This document shows, in pieces, positions 9,717 to 19,021 of a stretch of DNA of 64,000 bases; position 1 is the stretch's first letter; every line of letters begins with the position of its first letter. The notes under the pieces are model-generated. The model saw nothing but the letters and a program-made list of their open reading frames with translations. It made no database searches and had not been told where the DNA came from. The position numbers were made by a program, and so were the translations under genes. This DNA is from Candidatus Woesebacteria bacterium. Its GTDB lineage: Bacteria; Patescibacteriota; Microgenomatia; UBA8517. The stretch is taken from NCBI GenBank assembly GCA_020060565.1, contig JAGVAE010000002.1:19974-83973 (forward strand). The letters are read 5' to 3'.

Positions 9717-10613
9717 TTAAAACAAAGCTCCTTGTTTTTCTTTTTCTATATCCTCCCCCACTTTTTTAATTCTAGCAGTTAAGGTTTTAAAACCAAATTC
9801 TTCGAATAGCTTAATTACTGCTGGAGAATCTAATTTCCAATCTTTCATAGCTTCAAAATCAATATCGATAGGTACATTTCTAACAATAGTTGCCAACATA
9901 TATGATTGGTCTGCTGATTTTTTTCCTTTTATTAGTTTTTCTCTGAGTTTTTCTGGTATTTCATCCAAATTCTTATAAATTCCCTTTATTGTCTTATATC
10001 TGGATAGGAGTGTGATTGCTGTTTTTGGTCCAATGCCGACTATTCCAAAATAATTGTCTGAGGGGTCTCCTGTAAGTGATTTAAGGTCAACTATCTGGGT
10101 TGGGGGCACCCCCATGCGCCCAACCGTCTCTGCTTCGCTGTAGAGCTTGGCGTTGATAAGACCAGCAATGGGCATATATAGTTTTATATTCTTTTTATCA
10201 TCTATCAGTTGCAATTGATCCCTATCCCCCGTTACTATCACAACATCATTTTTTGCCTCGGTTGCGATTGTTCCTATTACATCATCCGCCTCGAAACCAG
10301 GTTTTGAATAAACAGGAATATTGGCAGCAGTTAGGAAATCACGGGCTTTGGCAAACTGAGAACTAAGATCACTGGCCATTGGTGGGCGCTGTGCTTGATA
10401 AGTTGGAAGTTCAATTTGACGGAATGTTTTTTCCTTTTCATCAAAGCAAACGGTAATATGAGTAGGTTTAAGGTCTGTTATGACACGAATTAGCATAGAG
10501 ACAAGGCCGTAAACTGCATTTATAGGTTCCCCACTTTTTGTAGTTAAAGGGGGAAGGGCATGGAAAGCACGGTGCAAAATTGCATTCCCGTCGATGATTA
10601 CAAGTTTCCCCAT
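9717..10613 (-). CDS. 5'-3' exonuclease (stand-alone Pol I N-terminal/FEN-like domain)
   Basis: MGKLVIIDGNAILHRAFHALPPL...GFEADDVIGT...VTGDRDQLQL, the characteristic 5' nuclease carboxylate motifs. Confidence 0.85.
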   Translation of the reverse strand: MGKLVIIDGNAILHRAFHALPPLTTKSGEPINAVYGLVSMLIRVITDLKPTHITVCFDEKEKTFRQIELPTYQAQRPPMASDLSSQFAKARDFLTAANIPVYSKPGFEADDVIGTIATEAKNDVVIVTGDRDQLQLIDDKKNIKLYMPIAGLINAKLYSEAETVGRMGVPPTQIVDLKSLTGDPSDNYFGIVGIGPKTAITLLSRYKTIKGIYKNLDEIPEKLREKLIKGKKSADQSYMLATIVRNVPIDIDFEAMKDWKLDSPAVIKLFEEFGFKTLTARIKKVGEDIEKEKQGALF

Positions 10614-10634
10614 ATGAAGCTATTTTAACAGAAT

Positions 10635-13600
10635 TTAGAGTTTGCCGTTTCCAGCTTTATTGCCTACTATCTTTTCAAAGTCATCTCTATCCAGGGTTTC
10701 TTTTTCCATTAAGGCGGCAGAAACTTTATCTAGAAGACTTCTTTTTGTTTTAACAATCTTTACAGCTTCTTTATAACAGGAATCCAAGATTTTTTTAACT
10801 TCATCGTCTACTTTTTCCATAAATGCTTGTGAGTTTTTGGCTCCTTCAAACCATTCCATTTGCCCAAAGTCCCCCATTCCCATATCGTCCCCCAGGTTAA
10901 CAGGACCCAGGCTGCTCATTCCGAATTCAACCACCATTGCTTTTGCTATTTTAGTGGCTTGTGATATGTCATTGGCTGCACCACTAGTCATTTCATTGAA
11001 TACGACATCTTCTGCGGCGCGCCCACCAAACATGGCTGTAATTTGTTCTAAAAGTCTACTTTTTGTTTCATGAGTTCTATCTGCTGCAGGTGGAATTAGT
11101 GTATGTCCCAAACTCATCCCACGGGCAACAATTGAAATTCTATGGACCGGATCCGTTTTATCCAGGAAATGCGTAACAATTCCATGTCCCGCTTCATGAT
11201 AAGCTGTTATTTTTTTATCATTCTCTGATTGTAATCTTTTCTTCGCGGGACCTAATTTTACCTTTGTAGCTGATTCTTCAATATCGCTCATTGTGATTTC
11301 CTTCTTATCATTTCTGGCGGCTCCAATTGCAGCCTCATTAAGCATATTTTCAAGATCTGCACCTGAAAATCCTACAGTACGATCTGCAACTCTTCCCCAA
11401 TCAATTTTCTTACCAAATTTCTTTCCTTGGGCATGAATAAGAAGGATTGCAAGGCGCCCTTCTTTATCCGGCATATCAAGCATCACTCGTCTATCAAACC
11501 TACCAGGTCTTAAAAGTGCTGGATCCAGTAGATCTCCTCTATTTGTGGCTGCGAGAACCACTACATTATCATTTGGAGTAAAACCATCCATTTCAACTAG
11601 TATCTGGTTTAGGGTTTGTTCACGCTCGTCATGTCCTCCCATCATGCCACGCCCACGAGATCTTCCTATGGCGTCAATTTCATCAATGAAGATTATTGAT
11701 GGAGCTTGAGCCTTTGCTTGGCCAAAAAGATCACGTACGCGGCTTGCTCCAACCCCAACTAGCATTTCCATAAATTCAGATCCTGCCATTGAGAAGAAAG
11801 GTACCCCTGCCTCCCCCGCTACCGCTTTTGCAAGAAGCGTGTTATGGGAAATAAACCCATTAGCGATAAAGGAATGTGTAACAGGAACTGTAAAGTCGTA
11901 AACTCTAGCACTTGATTTTTCAGTCTTTTTAACACGGTCAAAAAATATTCCCGAGCCGACTAAAAGTTTCAAAAATCTAAAATCCTCATTAATACTAATT
12001 TCCGAATCACATTTACTACAAGCCTCAAGAAAAAGTTTTACACTTGCCATGGATGGTTTTCTTCCCCCTTGGGCATATCTGCAAATCTGTTTATGAAAGC
12101 TCTCATCAATGTACTTTGATGGTTTTTTGCCACTCTCTACAAGATGCCTCCAAACCCTTTTTATTCTCGCCCCTTGGCCAGGAACCAGATCAACATTGGT
12201 TCTAAGCTTGATCTTAGCTAAATAGGAATCTAGTTTATCTTGTTTCCTTTTCAGTCTGAAACCGATTTGTTGAGCGAAACTTAACAGATTCACCCCCGAC
12301 ACAAGTAATCTATATGAGGAGACATATTGATTATTCCCTTTAACTAAAAATTTATGCATCACTCCTAAATTAAGAAGCAACGCACTTACTTGTTTTGCCA
12401 ATTTTTTACTGCTTGTGGCGTATTCAACTTTGCCACTTTTATACACAGAACCATCCGTGTCAAAAAGACCTTGCAAGAAAGCAACTACATTTTCTTTGGA
12501 AGACATCATTATTTGATCAGGAACTTTTTTATTTCTGGAATAATTTTCTTCTAAACCATAGTTAATTAGTGCAGATTTAATGCTCGAAGAACTTATAAAA
12601 TGATCGTACTTACCCGTCGCTTTTTTAACTTTATAGCCAAATTTTTCTTTAAAATAACCATTAAAAGATAAAAGTAGTTCTTTATCGGCGGTTGAAAAGC
12701 TTATTCTGTCTTTTGTGGTAAGCCCACCGTCACCCGTAATCAGTCCCATTAAATAACTTGTCTTTGTATCCAAAACTTTATAATTTCCAAACATTTGGTT
12801 TCCAGTTTTTAGAGGAATCCAATCTCCTTCACTGATTGCGTCCATCCTTTTAAACTTAAGTTTTCCCCTTTCTTCTACTACAAGCGGGTGCTCCAAAGTT
12901 CCTTCTATCTCATGTCCCATTTCTGTTCTAATTTTTACAGTGTCCGATACTCCCAAGTCATACCAATGCGAGGCGACGGCTTTCAGAGAAACAGGCCCCT
13001 CTGGATCAAAAGAAGATAAAATTGCCCCGTGAACATAACCATTTTCTTCAACAGCAAAATATTTTGGAACATCTTTTATCTCCATTAAACCTTTACTTGT
13101 TGAGATAAGAGTATCGCCAGTTACACATTTTCCCACACCCGCCGGACCAACAAGAAGGGCACCTTTAGGTGTTCTTGCTCCCATTTTTCTGTATTTTGCT
13201 GGGAATTTAAGAAAATCTACAAGCTCTTCCAATTCTTTTTTGGCTTCATCTACTCCTGCCACATCTTTGAAAGTTGTATCTTGTTTGCCTTTTGCAAAAA
13301 TTTTGGCACGACTTCTACCAAACGAGAATATGTCCTGTGCTCCTCTATTTTGGGCACGCATGATGTAATAGAAAAGTCCTGCCATGAGAATTAGGGGTAA
13401 AATTATACCCGCAGCCTCTCCTAAACTTTTTGTTAGGGATTGGTCTGCAATTGAAAACTTAACCGTTGAAGGATCTATGCCTGAATCTTTCAAGATCTGG
13501 CTAAAACCCTCCATGTTTTCCTTCGTTGAAAATTTGGTTGTTCCATCTTTATAGGTAACTACCAGTTTGTTGCTCTCAATCAAAATTTTCTCAACTTTAT

Positions 13601-13811
13601 CTTCTTTAACGTCGTTAAGAAGCTGAGAAATATCCACACTGTTACTGCTCCCCGCCATCTGAACTCCTGCAATGATTATTGGAACAATGAAGAATACTGC
13701 TAAAATGGTGAGGGCTATTGTCCAAAGATTTAATTTCAGCTTAAATTGGATCTGTTTTTTCTCTTGACCAACCTGAGGTATTTTTTTCTCGATTTTCTTT
13801 TTCTGCTCCAT
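10635..13811 (-). CDS. ftsH: ATP-dependent zinc metalloprotease FtsH precursor, interrupted by an intein
   Basis: TM region + AAA module. Walker A reads [10 protein letters not shown]|C...HN|[16 protein letters not shown]. Walker [15 protein letters not shown], and zinc-protease HEAGH motif in the C-terminal half. Excising the intein leaves a roughly 629-aa FtsH. Confidence 0.9.
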   Translation of the reverse strand: MEQKKKIEKKIPQVGQEKKQIQFKLKLNLWTIALTILAVFFIVPIIIAGVQMAGSSNSVDISQLLNDVKEDKVEKILIESNKLVVTYKDGTTKFSTKENMEGFSQILKDSGIDPSTVKFSIADQSLTKSLGEAAGIILPLILMAGLFYYIMRAQNRGAQDIFSFGRSRAKIFAKGKQDTTFKDVAGVDEAKKELEELVDFLKFPAKYRKMGARTPKGALLVGPAGVGKCVTGDTLISTSKGLMEIKDVPKYFAVEENGYVHGAILSSFDPEGPVSLKAVASHWYDLGVSDTVKIRTEMGHEIEGTLEHPLVVEERGKLKFKRMDAISEGDWIPLKTGNQMFGNYKVLDTKTSYLMGLITGDGGLTTKDRISFSTADKELLLSFNGYFKEKFGYKVKKATGKYDHFISSSSIKSALINYGLEENYSRNKKVPDQIMMSSKENVVAFLQGLFDTDGSVYKSGKVEYATSSKKLAKQVSALLLNLGVMHKFLVKGNNQYVSSYRLLVSGVNLLSFAQQIGFRLKRKQDKLDSYLAKIKLRTNVDLVPGQGARIKRVWRHLVESGKKPSKYIDESFHKQICRYAQGGRKPSMASVKLFLEACSKCDSEISINEDFRFLKLLVGSGIFFDRVKKTEKSSARVYDFTVPVTHSFIANGFISHNTLLAKAVAGEAGVPFFSMAGSEFMEMLVGVGASRVRDLFGQAKAQAPSIIFIDEIDAIGRSRGRGMMGGHDEREQTLNQILVEMDGFTPNDNVVVLAATNRGDLLDPALLRPGRFDRRVMLDMPDKEGRLAILLIHAQGKKFGKKIDWGRVADRTVGFSGADLENMLNEAAIGAARNDKKEITMSDIEESATKVKLGPAKKRLQSENDKKITAYHEAGHGIVTHFLDKTDPVHRISIVARGMSLGHTLIPPAADRTHETKSRLLEQITAMFGGRAAEDVVFNEMTSGAANDISQATKIAKAMVVEFGMSSLGPVNLGDDMGMGDFGQMEWFEGAKNSQAFMEKVDDEVKKILDSCYKEAVKIVKTKRSLLDKVSAALMEKETLDRDDFEKIVGNKAGNGKL
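11841..13127 (-). mobile_element. intein (roughly 429 aa) in the FtsH P-loop with LAGLIDADG homing-endonuclease domain
   Basis: Starts with Cys directly after GVGK and ends ...FISHN followed by Thr (+1). Two dodecapeptide motifs ([12 protein letters not shown] and [11 protein letters not shown]). The C-terminal junction was read directly (N657 at 11841-11843). The N-terminal junction is within about 1 nt of 13127. Confidence 0.85.
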
Positions 13812-13920
13812 ACGAAGGCATTATAGACGAAAAAGCTCAATATGGCTATATGTTTACACGACTATATGGCTAATATTTCTTCAACCGTCTGACCACCCAA
13901 CTATCTAACAATCTTTCCCA

Positions 13921-14289
13921 TTACCGTACTTTTGTTCCATTGGGAACTTCACTCTGAAGCTGAAATAAAACAGGTGAGGTTTCTTCTGCCTCACTTTCAG
14001 AAAGATCGTCTCCCGGGGAGGCCATAATCATCATTACTTCTGATAATTCTTTCTCGGGGCCTATTGTTTTGGGAACAAGGTTAATAACAAATGGGAATTG
14101 TTTACCAATAAGATCTTTGGGTTTGTAAAATTTCATGATCCCAGAGAAGGCTTTTTTGATACCTATCTCCTCCCCCAAATCTACCTCAAGCTTCATAACC
14201 CAATGGCTCCAGGTAGGAACCTCAGCCTTAATAACTGTCCCAATTCTTATATCTATTTTTGAAAATTCATCAAACGATATTTGATCCAT
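13921..14289 (-). CDS. tRNA-binding domain protein (CsaA/Trbp111-like)
   Basis: MDQISFDEFSKIDIRIGTVIKAEV... matches the OB-fold tRNA-binding domain (IDLRVGKI-type). The longer ORF up to 14445 has an implausible hydrophobic N-terminal extension. Confidence 0.65.
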   Translation of the reverse strand: MDQISFDEFSKIDIRIGTVIKAEVPTWSHWVMKLEVDLGEEIGIKKAFSGIMKFYKPKDLIGKQFPFVINLVPKTIGPEKELSEVMMIMASPGDDLSESEAEETSPVLFQLQSEVPNGTKVR

Positions 14290-14328
14290 AGATTTGATTT
14301 CTACAAAAAACATTATACAATAGCCACT

Positions 14329-14625
14329 ATGAAACAGGAAAATGGAAATACACCTAAAATAGAAGTTGTTCGTGTGGATAGATGCGCACACTATCAGGTG
14401 GAAATAAATAAAAAAAGATTTGTAATATTGGGAATGGGAAAGCACCTATCTGTTACCAAAATTGGTGAAGGTTGTGTTGGTACTAAAAGTGTCAACCTTC
14501 GTGATGACAAAGGTTTAACTCTCTATGGAGATAATGGCAACAAGACTGTTTACATGCCAGTTCCTCAGGAAAATATAGACTGGAAAGAGGTAGAAGTGAT
14601 TGATCCCAAAAGCTTTAAGCTATAA
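14329..14625 (+). CDS. hypothetical small protein
   Basis: 98 aa from MKQENGNT. Lies between two minus-strand genes and overlaps the trpS stop by 11 nt. Uncertain. Confidence 0.3.
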   Translation: MKQENGNTPKIEVVRVDRCAHYQVEINKKRFVILGMGKHLSVTKIGEGCVGTKSVNLRDDKGLTLYGDNGNKTVYMPVPQENIDWKEVEVIDPKSFKL

Positions 14626-15631
14626 AGCCCATTTTTTCTTTAACTTCTTTAATTGTTTCTTTCGCAATTTTACCCGCCTTTTGTGCTCCATCTTTTATGA
14701 TTCTATCTACTTCCTCTGGGTGGTCTTCATAATACTTTCTCTCTTTTTGAATTGGTTCAAGTCTACTGGCAATGGCTCGGGCGAGATTATCCTTTAATTC
14801 TGAGTACTTAATACCTGTCGATAAATACTTATCTTCATAATCTTTCCTACCCTCCCTGTCTATAAACAGTTCATACAATTCTAATAAGGCAAACACTCCC
14901 CCTTTTGTTGAAAGTTCATTACCTTTTCCATTATCAGTCGGGACCAATGACAATTTTACCCGTATAGTGTCTAAATCATCGGTTAAATTAATGAAACTCT
15001 TTGATACACTTTTACTCATTTTTCCCTCTCCCAAAAGGGAGGGTACATATTTACCTTTTGTTGAAAAACTTTTAGGTTCTGGAAAATCCATTCCATATTT
15101 TTGGTTCATTTTTCTGGCAATCTCACGAGCTACTTCAAGGTGGGGTTCCTGATCAACACCAACAGGAACCAAACTTGCTTTATAAAGAAGGATGTCTGCA
15201 GCCATAAGTACGGGGTAATTTAAAAGAGCCATGGTGACATTATCTGGGTGTTGGGCTATCTTTTCTTTAAAAGTTGGCAGATGTTGCATTCTAGCAACAC
15301 TAATCTCTGAAGAAAATATATGAGATAGATATGTGTGTTCTGGGATTAGAGACTGGGCAGAAATTATGGATTTTTCAGGATCCAAACCACAGGCTAAATA
15401 ATCCATAATCACATTTCTGGTGTTTTCTGCCAGTTTTTCTTTATCAAATGGGGTGGTTATGGCATGCAAATCCATAACCATGTAAATGGTCTCGTAATCT
15501 GGGTCATTCTGCAGTTCCAAATAACCCTTAACCGCACCTAAATAGTTACCTAGGTGTAGTCTGCCTGTTGCTCTTGTGCCGGAAAAAACTCTTTTATTCA
15601 TATATTTATACTTAAGTGTATCAGAAACCAA
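14615..15631 (-). CDS. trpS: tryptophanyl-tRNA synthetase
   Basis: GTRATGRLHLGNYLG (HIGH-like) and KMSKS motifs. Start may be M11 (15601). Confidence 0.9.
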   Translation of the reverse strand: MVSDTLKYKYMNKRVFSGTRATGRLHLGNYLGAVKGYLELQNDPDYETIYMVMDLHAITTPFDKEKLAENTRNVIMDYLACGLDPEKSIISAQSLIPEHTYLSHIFSSEISVARMQHLPTFKEKIAQHPDNVTMALLNYPVLMAADILLYKASLVPVGVDQEPHLEVAREIARKMNQKYGMDFPEPKSFSTKGKYVPSLLGEGKMSKSVSKSFINLTDDLDTIRVKLSLVPTDNGKGNELSTKGGVFALLELYELFIDREGRKDYEDKYLSTGIKYSELKDNLARAIASRLEPIQKERKYYEDHPEEVDRIIKDGAQKAGKIAKETIKEVKEKMGFIA

Positions 15632-15666
15632 AAAATCTGCTTGGAGGCAGATTTAACTTTGTCTTG

Positions 15667-15740
15667 TGTCAGGGGAGGGACTTGAACCCTCGACCTCAGC
15701 GTTATGATTGCTGTGCTCTAACCAACTGAGCTACCCTGAC
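15667..15740 (-). tRNA. tRNA-Met(CAT) (elongator type; tRNA-Ile2/lysidine cannot be excluded)
   Basis: Cloverleaf: acceptor GTCAGGG/CCCTGAC (G1-C72), D-arm GCTC-AGTTGGTTA-GAGC, anticodon loop AUCAUAA, T-arm GAGGG-TTCAAGT-CCCTC, A73. CCA not encoded. Confidence 0.8.
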
Positions 15741-15785
15741 ATATGGGTATTTTACCATGACTATGGCAGCTTTGCGTACTATCTT

Positions 15786-15819
15786 AAAATGAAAAAACCC
15801 ACCTTTTTAAGATGGGTTT
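15786..15819 (-). terminator. rho-independent terminator (minus strand)
   Basis: Minus strand reads AAACCCAtcttaaaaaggTGGGTTT followed by TTTTTTCATTTT: a 7-bp stem followed by a U-run. Confidence 0.55.
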
Positions 15820-15922
15820 AATCGTTTGTGTTGCGGGGTCAGGAGTTGCGCCTGATCTGAAAGATTATGAGCCTTTCGTGCACTGTACACTACCCCGCAT
15901 ATAACTAACAGGTTTGATTATA
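15790..15922 (-). ncRNA. candidate small RNA (roughly 120 nt) with own -10 box and terminator
   Basis: -10 TATAAT (complement of 15917-15922) preceded by GG. Transcribed region has a closing stem GCGGGGU/ACCCCGC around three sub-hairpins (GUGCAC palindrome, GAAAG-9nt-CUUUC, CAGG-7nt-CCUG) and ends at the terminator. No long ORF on this strand. Confidence 0.35.
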
Positions 15923-15974
15923 CCTTAAAAAGACGTCTTTTCCCACCTTTTTTAATTTGGGTTTATAATACCTC

Positions 15975-16268
15975 ATGCCAGAAAATTTAGATTTCTATTT
16001 TGAACTCTATGATAAGTCGGAGATCACCCGTAATCAATCAGCTATAGAGCATAATCGCTTTGGAATACATTACAAACCCGAGTTGTTTCCTGAAGGAGCT
16101 TATTTTGCCATTTCTCAATATCAACATTTCCGAAGCAATCATAATCCAGAGATGGCAGAAATATATGCAAAGATTTTCGAGGCTATGATGGGTTTTTCTT
16201 TTCAAGAACTCGAGGAGAGATCTCATCTACTTCAAGATATTGCTAACAACAAGATCTCAAAAATTTAA
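15975..16268 (+). CDS. hypothetical protein
   Basis: 97-aa ORF with no SD and no recognisable domain. Confidence 0.35.
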   Translation: MPENLDFYFELYDKSEITRNQSAIEHNRFGIHYKPELFPEGAYFAISQYQHFRSNHNPEMAEIYAKIFEAMMGFSFQELEERSHLLQDIANNKISKI

Positions 16269-16504
16269 AGAAACAGTTTCTTCCATCTTGGTCATTACCC
16301 AATCGCCTTCTAAAATTTATATTTTGAGGAATTTTGCGAATTCGCTTCAATTGCAAAAAACTGTCCGACGAGCGCTTGACGCGACGAAGTCTTTTTGCAA
16401 AACATGAGCAAAATTATGAAAACAGAAATTTTGGCAGGCGTGTCTTTTCTTCTTTTTCAATTCTTGCTTTGGACGAGCAAAGAAGAATTGAAGCTAAAAA
16501 CGGT

Positions 16505-17287
16505 TTATATACCTAGATTTTCCAAAAACTCTGATGTACCTTTGACAAATTTTTGTTGAGTAGATATAACTGGAAAGTTTTCCTTATCTTCTAAGGTTCC
16601 CTCCCCCACAAAGACAAATTGTGTTTTAAACCCTTGACTAGAAAACTCCTTTGCCATAAATAAATCCGATTTCCCGTCTCCAATAGTAATAAACTCTTGT
16701 GGGTAGATTCTCTGTTCCTCAAGTAGGCTAAGTATTCTTTTGGCTCCTAAATCCTTGCCCATTTTTATGTCTTCTATTTCAACATCAATTGTAGTCTCAA
16801 GAACTCTCAATTTATCCTTAAGTCCCATTTTTTCGACTATGTCCTCCAAAGCTTTAGAAAGTGATTTTTGCCTGGCTGGAAAATCTTGAAGAGGAAAATC
16901 TGATCTCATTTCAGCTGTAATCATAGTCATTTTGGCTTCATCATAAAAAACACAATCTTTATATTCTTTGTCTATTAGCTCCCTAACTTCATTTTTTAAA
17001 ACTTCTGGAACAGAAATCGAGCTATCTATTCTCTGATTAAAAGTTGTCTCATCAAAAACACCCCAAATAGCTCCCTTCTCGCAAGAAACAAAGACTTTTT
17101 GGGAAAAGTGACTCAAAATCTCCTTTTCCAACCAAGAATAGGATCTACCTGTATTAAAAGCTACGGGCACACCATCACTAATAAATCCTTCGATTTTATT
17201 TAAAATCTGAATATCTGTCTGTTTTGTCTGAGGGTCTGTCAAAACACCGTCAACATCAAAAACAAGAATAAATTTTGGGTTATTCAT
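16505..17287 (-). CDS. HAD-superfamily hydrolase (subfamily IIB-like)
   Basis: Motif I FILVFDVDGVLTD and motif IV ITIGDGKSDLFMA. Start taken at MNNPKF (the longer ORF to 17389 overlaps the upstream gene). Confidence 0.75.
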   Translation of the reverse strand: MNNPKFILVFDVDGVLTDPQTKQTDIQILNKIEGFISDGVPVAFNTGRSYSWLEKEILSHFSQKVFVSCEKGAIWGVFDETTFNQRIDSSISVPEVLKNEVRELIDKEYKDCVFYDEAKMTMITAEMRSDFPLQDFPARQKSLSKALEDIVEKMGLKDKLRVLETTIDVEIEDIKMGKDLGAKRILSLLEEQRIYPQEFITIGDGKSDLFMAKEFSSQGFKTQFVFVGEGTLEDKENFPVISTQQKFVKGTSEFLENLGI

Positions 17288-17291
17288 AAAG

Positions 17292-17657
17292 TTAGAAAAA
17301 CAGTTTCTTCCATTTTGCCCAGTTTGGGTCGGGAAGGGTATCGGAATTAATAGGAATTTGTGGGGCGAGTTTTTTAAGAGTTTCTGCATCAGGTAGAACC
17401 ACTATTGCCTCCCCTTCTTTGCCCAATCCTAACTTATTTCTTATCTCTTTTTCAATAAAATTAGATGTTTGGATTTGGGCTAGCTCACTAACCAATTTAT
17501 CATTGTCCTCTTGGATTTTTGTTAGTTTTGCTCTTTCAGCTTCAATTTGATTTTTTATACGTGTAGTTCTTTCTATATTTCTTAGTACCGAGATCGCAAG
17601 AAGGATAATAAGTCCCCAAATGGCATAACCTGCAATTTTTTCTATAATTTTCTTCAT
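17292..17657 (-). CDS. ftsB: septum formation initiator family protein (FtsB/DivIC-like)
   Basis: Single N-terminal TM helix followed by coiled coil (QIEAERAKLTKIQEDNDKLVSELAQIQ), about 120 aa. Confidence 0.55.
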   Translation of the reverse strand: MKKIIEKIAGYAIWGLIILLAISVLRNIERTTRIKNQIEAERAKLTKIQEDNDKLVSELAQIQTSNFIEKEIRNKLGLGKEGEAIVVLPDAETLKKLAPQIPINSDTLPDPNWAKWKKLFF

Positions 17658-17689
17658 AATACCCTGTAATACGTTGACTATTTCCCAAA

Positions 17690-18586
17690 ATGGGATATAA
17701 TGTGGCTCTTAAGTATTATTATATGACATCTGATACCATTAAAAACCTGCTTCCGAAATTCGTAGAATCACTTAAAACTCGCGGCCGCTCCCCAGCCACA
17801 GTTTTAGCATATAGAAGTGATCTTGAACAGATGGTGGATTTTTTAATTAAAAAAGAAAAAGTAACCCCTGACCAAGTAAGGCCCGACGATCTTGATTCTT
17901 TCCGTGATACCTTACTAAATGATAAATACACCCCAAAGTCAGTCAGCCGCAAACTTAATGCCGTTAAAACCTTTTTTAGATGGATGATTGATCAAAATCT
18001 TATTACTTCTGATCCTTCTAGCTCCGTGGCCCACCCTAAAATTGACAATGTTCTACCTAAATTCCTTAATCAGCTTGAATACCGCGCAATTCGCGACGTA
18101 ACCAGAAATGATGTTAGAATTGCTGCCATAGTTGAGCTTATCCTTCAAACTGGACTTAGAATTTCTGAAGTGGCCAGCTTAAAAACCTCCAACCTTAAGG
18201 ATAACGAAATGTTAATCGAAGCTTTTGCCACCCAACCTCAAAGAACAGTTCCTTTAAATAGACCCGCCAAAGAAGTTATTGATTCTTATATGAAAATAAG
18301 GCCCAAGGCAGATTCTCCCTATGTCTTTATTAGTAAAAATGGAAAACCTCTTGCAGTAAGAAATATTAGAGCTTCGATTGCAAGATACTTGCAAAGGGCG
18401 GAATTACCGAACTATTCAGTTAATGATTTAAGAACCACTTTTATGGTGGAAAATCTTAAAAATGGAGTTGACATTGTTCTTCTTTCTCAGGTTTCAGGAC
18501 ATAAAAGACTTTCTACAACCGAGAGATATTTGGAACTTGCCCAGATTACAGAACCTGGTAAAAAACAAACCTTGATTGAGCTTTAG
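17690..18586 (+). CDS. xerC: tyrosine recombinase XerC/XerD family
   Basis: N-terminal SAM-like core-binding region (RSPATVLAYRSDLEQ) and catalytic tail LLSQVSGHKRLSTTERYLEL (H-x-x-R...Y). Consensus -35 TTGACT/-10 ATAAT upstream. Confidence 0.85.
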   Translation: MGYNVALKYYYMTSDTIKNLLPKFVESLKTRGRSPATVLAYRSDLEQMVDFLIKKEKVTPDQVRPDDLDSFRDTLLNDKYTPKSVSRKLNAVKTFFRWMIDQNLITSDPSSSVAHPKIDNVLPKFLNQLEYRAIRDVTRNDVRIAAIVELILQTGLRISEVASLKTSNLKDNEMLIEAFATQPQRTVPLNRPAKEVIDSYMKIRPKADSPYVFISKNGKPLAVRNIRASIARYLQRAELPNYSVNDLRTTFMVENLKNGVDIVLLSQVSGHKRLSTTERYLELAQITEPGKKQTLIEL

Positions 18587-18793
18587 TTAAACCTGACTTA
18601 CTTCCTCATTGCATCTGTTAACTCTATTACACTGGTAAACTATCCGTCGTCTTTCTCCCGCTTTTTTGGTCAGGTTTACTGTAGAATTAGTTTCAAGACA
18701 AATCACTCCAATAGTGGGGCACTGAGGACAACCTCCTTTATCGACAGAGATCAACTTTCTAAACGGACAACCTTCAATTCTTACTGTACCCAT
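18587..18793 (-). CDS. hypothetical Cys-rich small protein
   Basis: 68 aa with CPFRK...CPQCP...C...C...C pattern. No family assigned. Confidence 0.3.
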   Translation of the reverse strand: MGTVRIEGCPFRKLISVDKGGCPQCPTIGVICLETNSTVNLTKKAGERRRIVYQCNRVNRCNEEVSQV

Positions 18794-18896
18794 TATTTTT
18801 GCTATTCTATACTTGCAAAGTAATTATTGTCAAATTTGACCAAACCCTCCATCAATCCCAAAGTTATACACTTTGAAAATATTTTTCAACGTTTTG

Positions 18897-18967
18897 TGGG
18901 CTCGGAAGGAGTCGGACCTTCGCGATTACTTTATAAGAGTAACGTCCTACCGTTGAACGACGAGCCC
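18897..18967 (-). tRNA. tRNA-like gene with anticodon TAT (putative tRNA-Ile(UAU))
   Basis: Minus strand folds as acceptor GGGCTCG/CGAGCCC + A73, D-arm GTTC-AACGGTA-GGAC, anticodon arm TTACT-CTTATAA-AGTAA (U33, anticodon UAU, A37), 4-nt variable loop, T-arm GAAGG-TCCGACT-CCTTC. Position 55 is C, not the usual U. Confidence 0.5.
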
Positions 18968-19021
18968 ATTGAGGCTATTATACCATTTGGAGTTGTTCTT
19001 GTAACACTTGTTATACTTGTA

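Noticed and set aside
10099-10135. GC-rich palindromic stretch ggttgggggcacccccatgcgcccaacc, considered as a third GC-rich repeat copy
   Set aside because: It lies in frame inside the 5'-3' exonuclease coding sequence. Its sequence differs from the CCGGGCC/GGCCC/GGGCC element and it has no alternative-hairpin architecture.
10837-11073. 78-aa + ORF inside ftsH
   Set aside because: Antisense to a well-supported conserved gene (FtsH protease domain), and Ser/Pro/Ala-rich with low complexity.
13840-13905. Repeated TATGGCTA / ATATGGCTA motifs upstream of ftsH, considered as DnaA boxes or regulator sites
   Set aside because: They do not match the DnaA box TTATCCACA and are too short and few to call. 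They were left unannotated.
16334-16516. 60-aa + ORF between the hypothetical gene and the HAD hydrolase
   Set aside because: No RBS, and Arg-rich low-complexity translation. It is probably intergenic and contains the convergent 3' ends.
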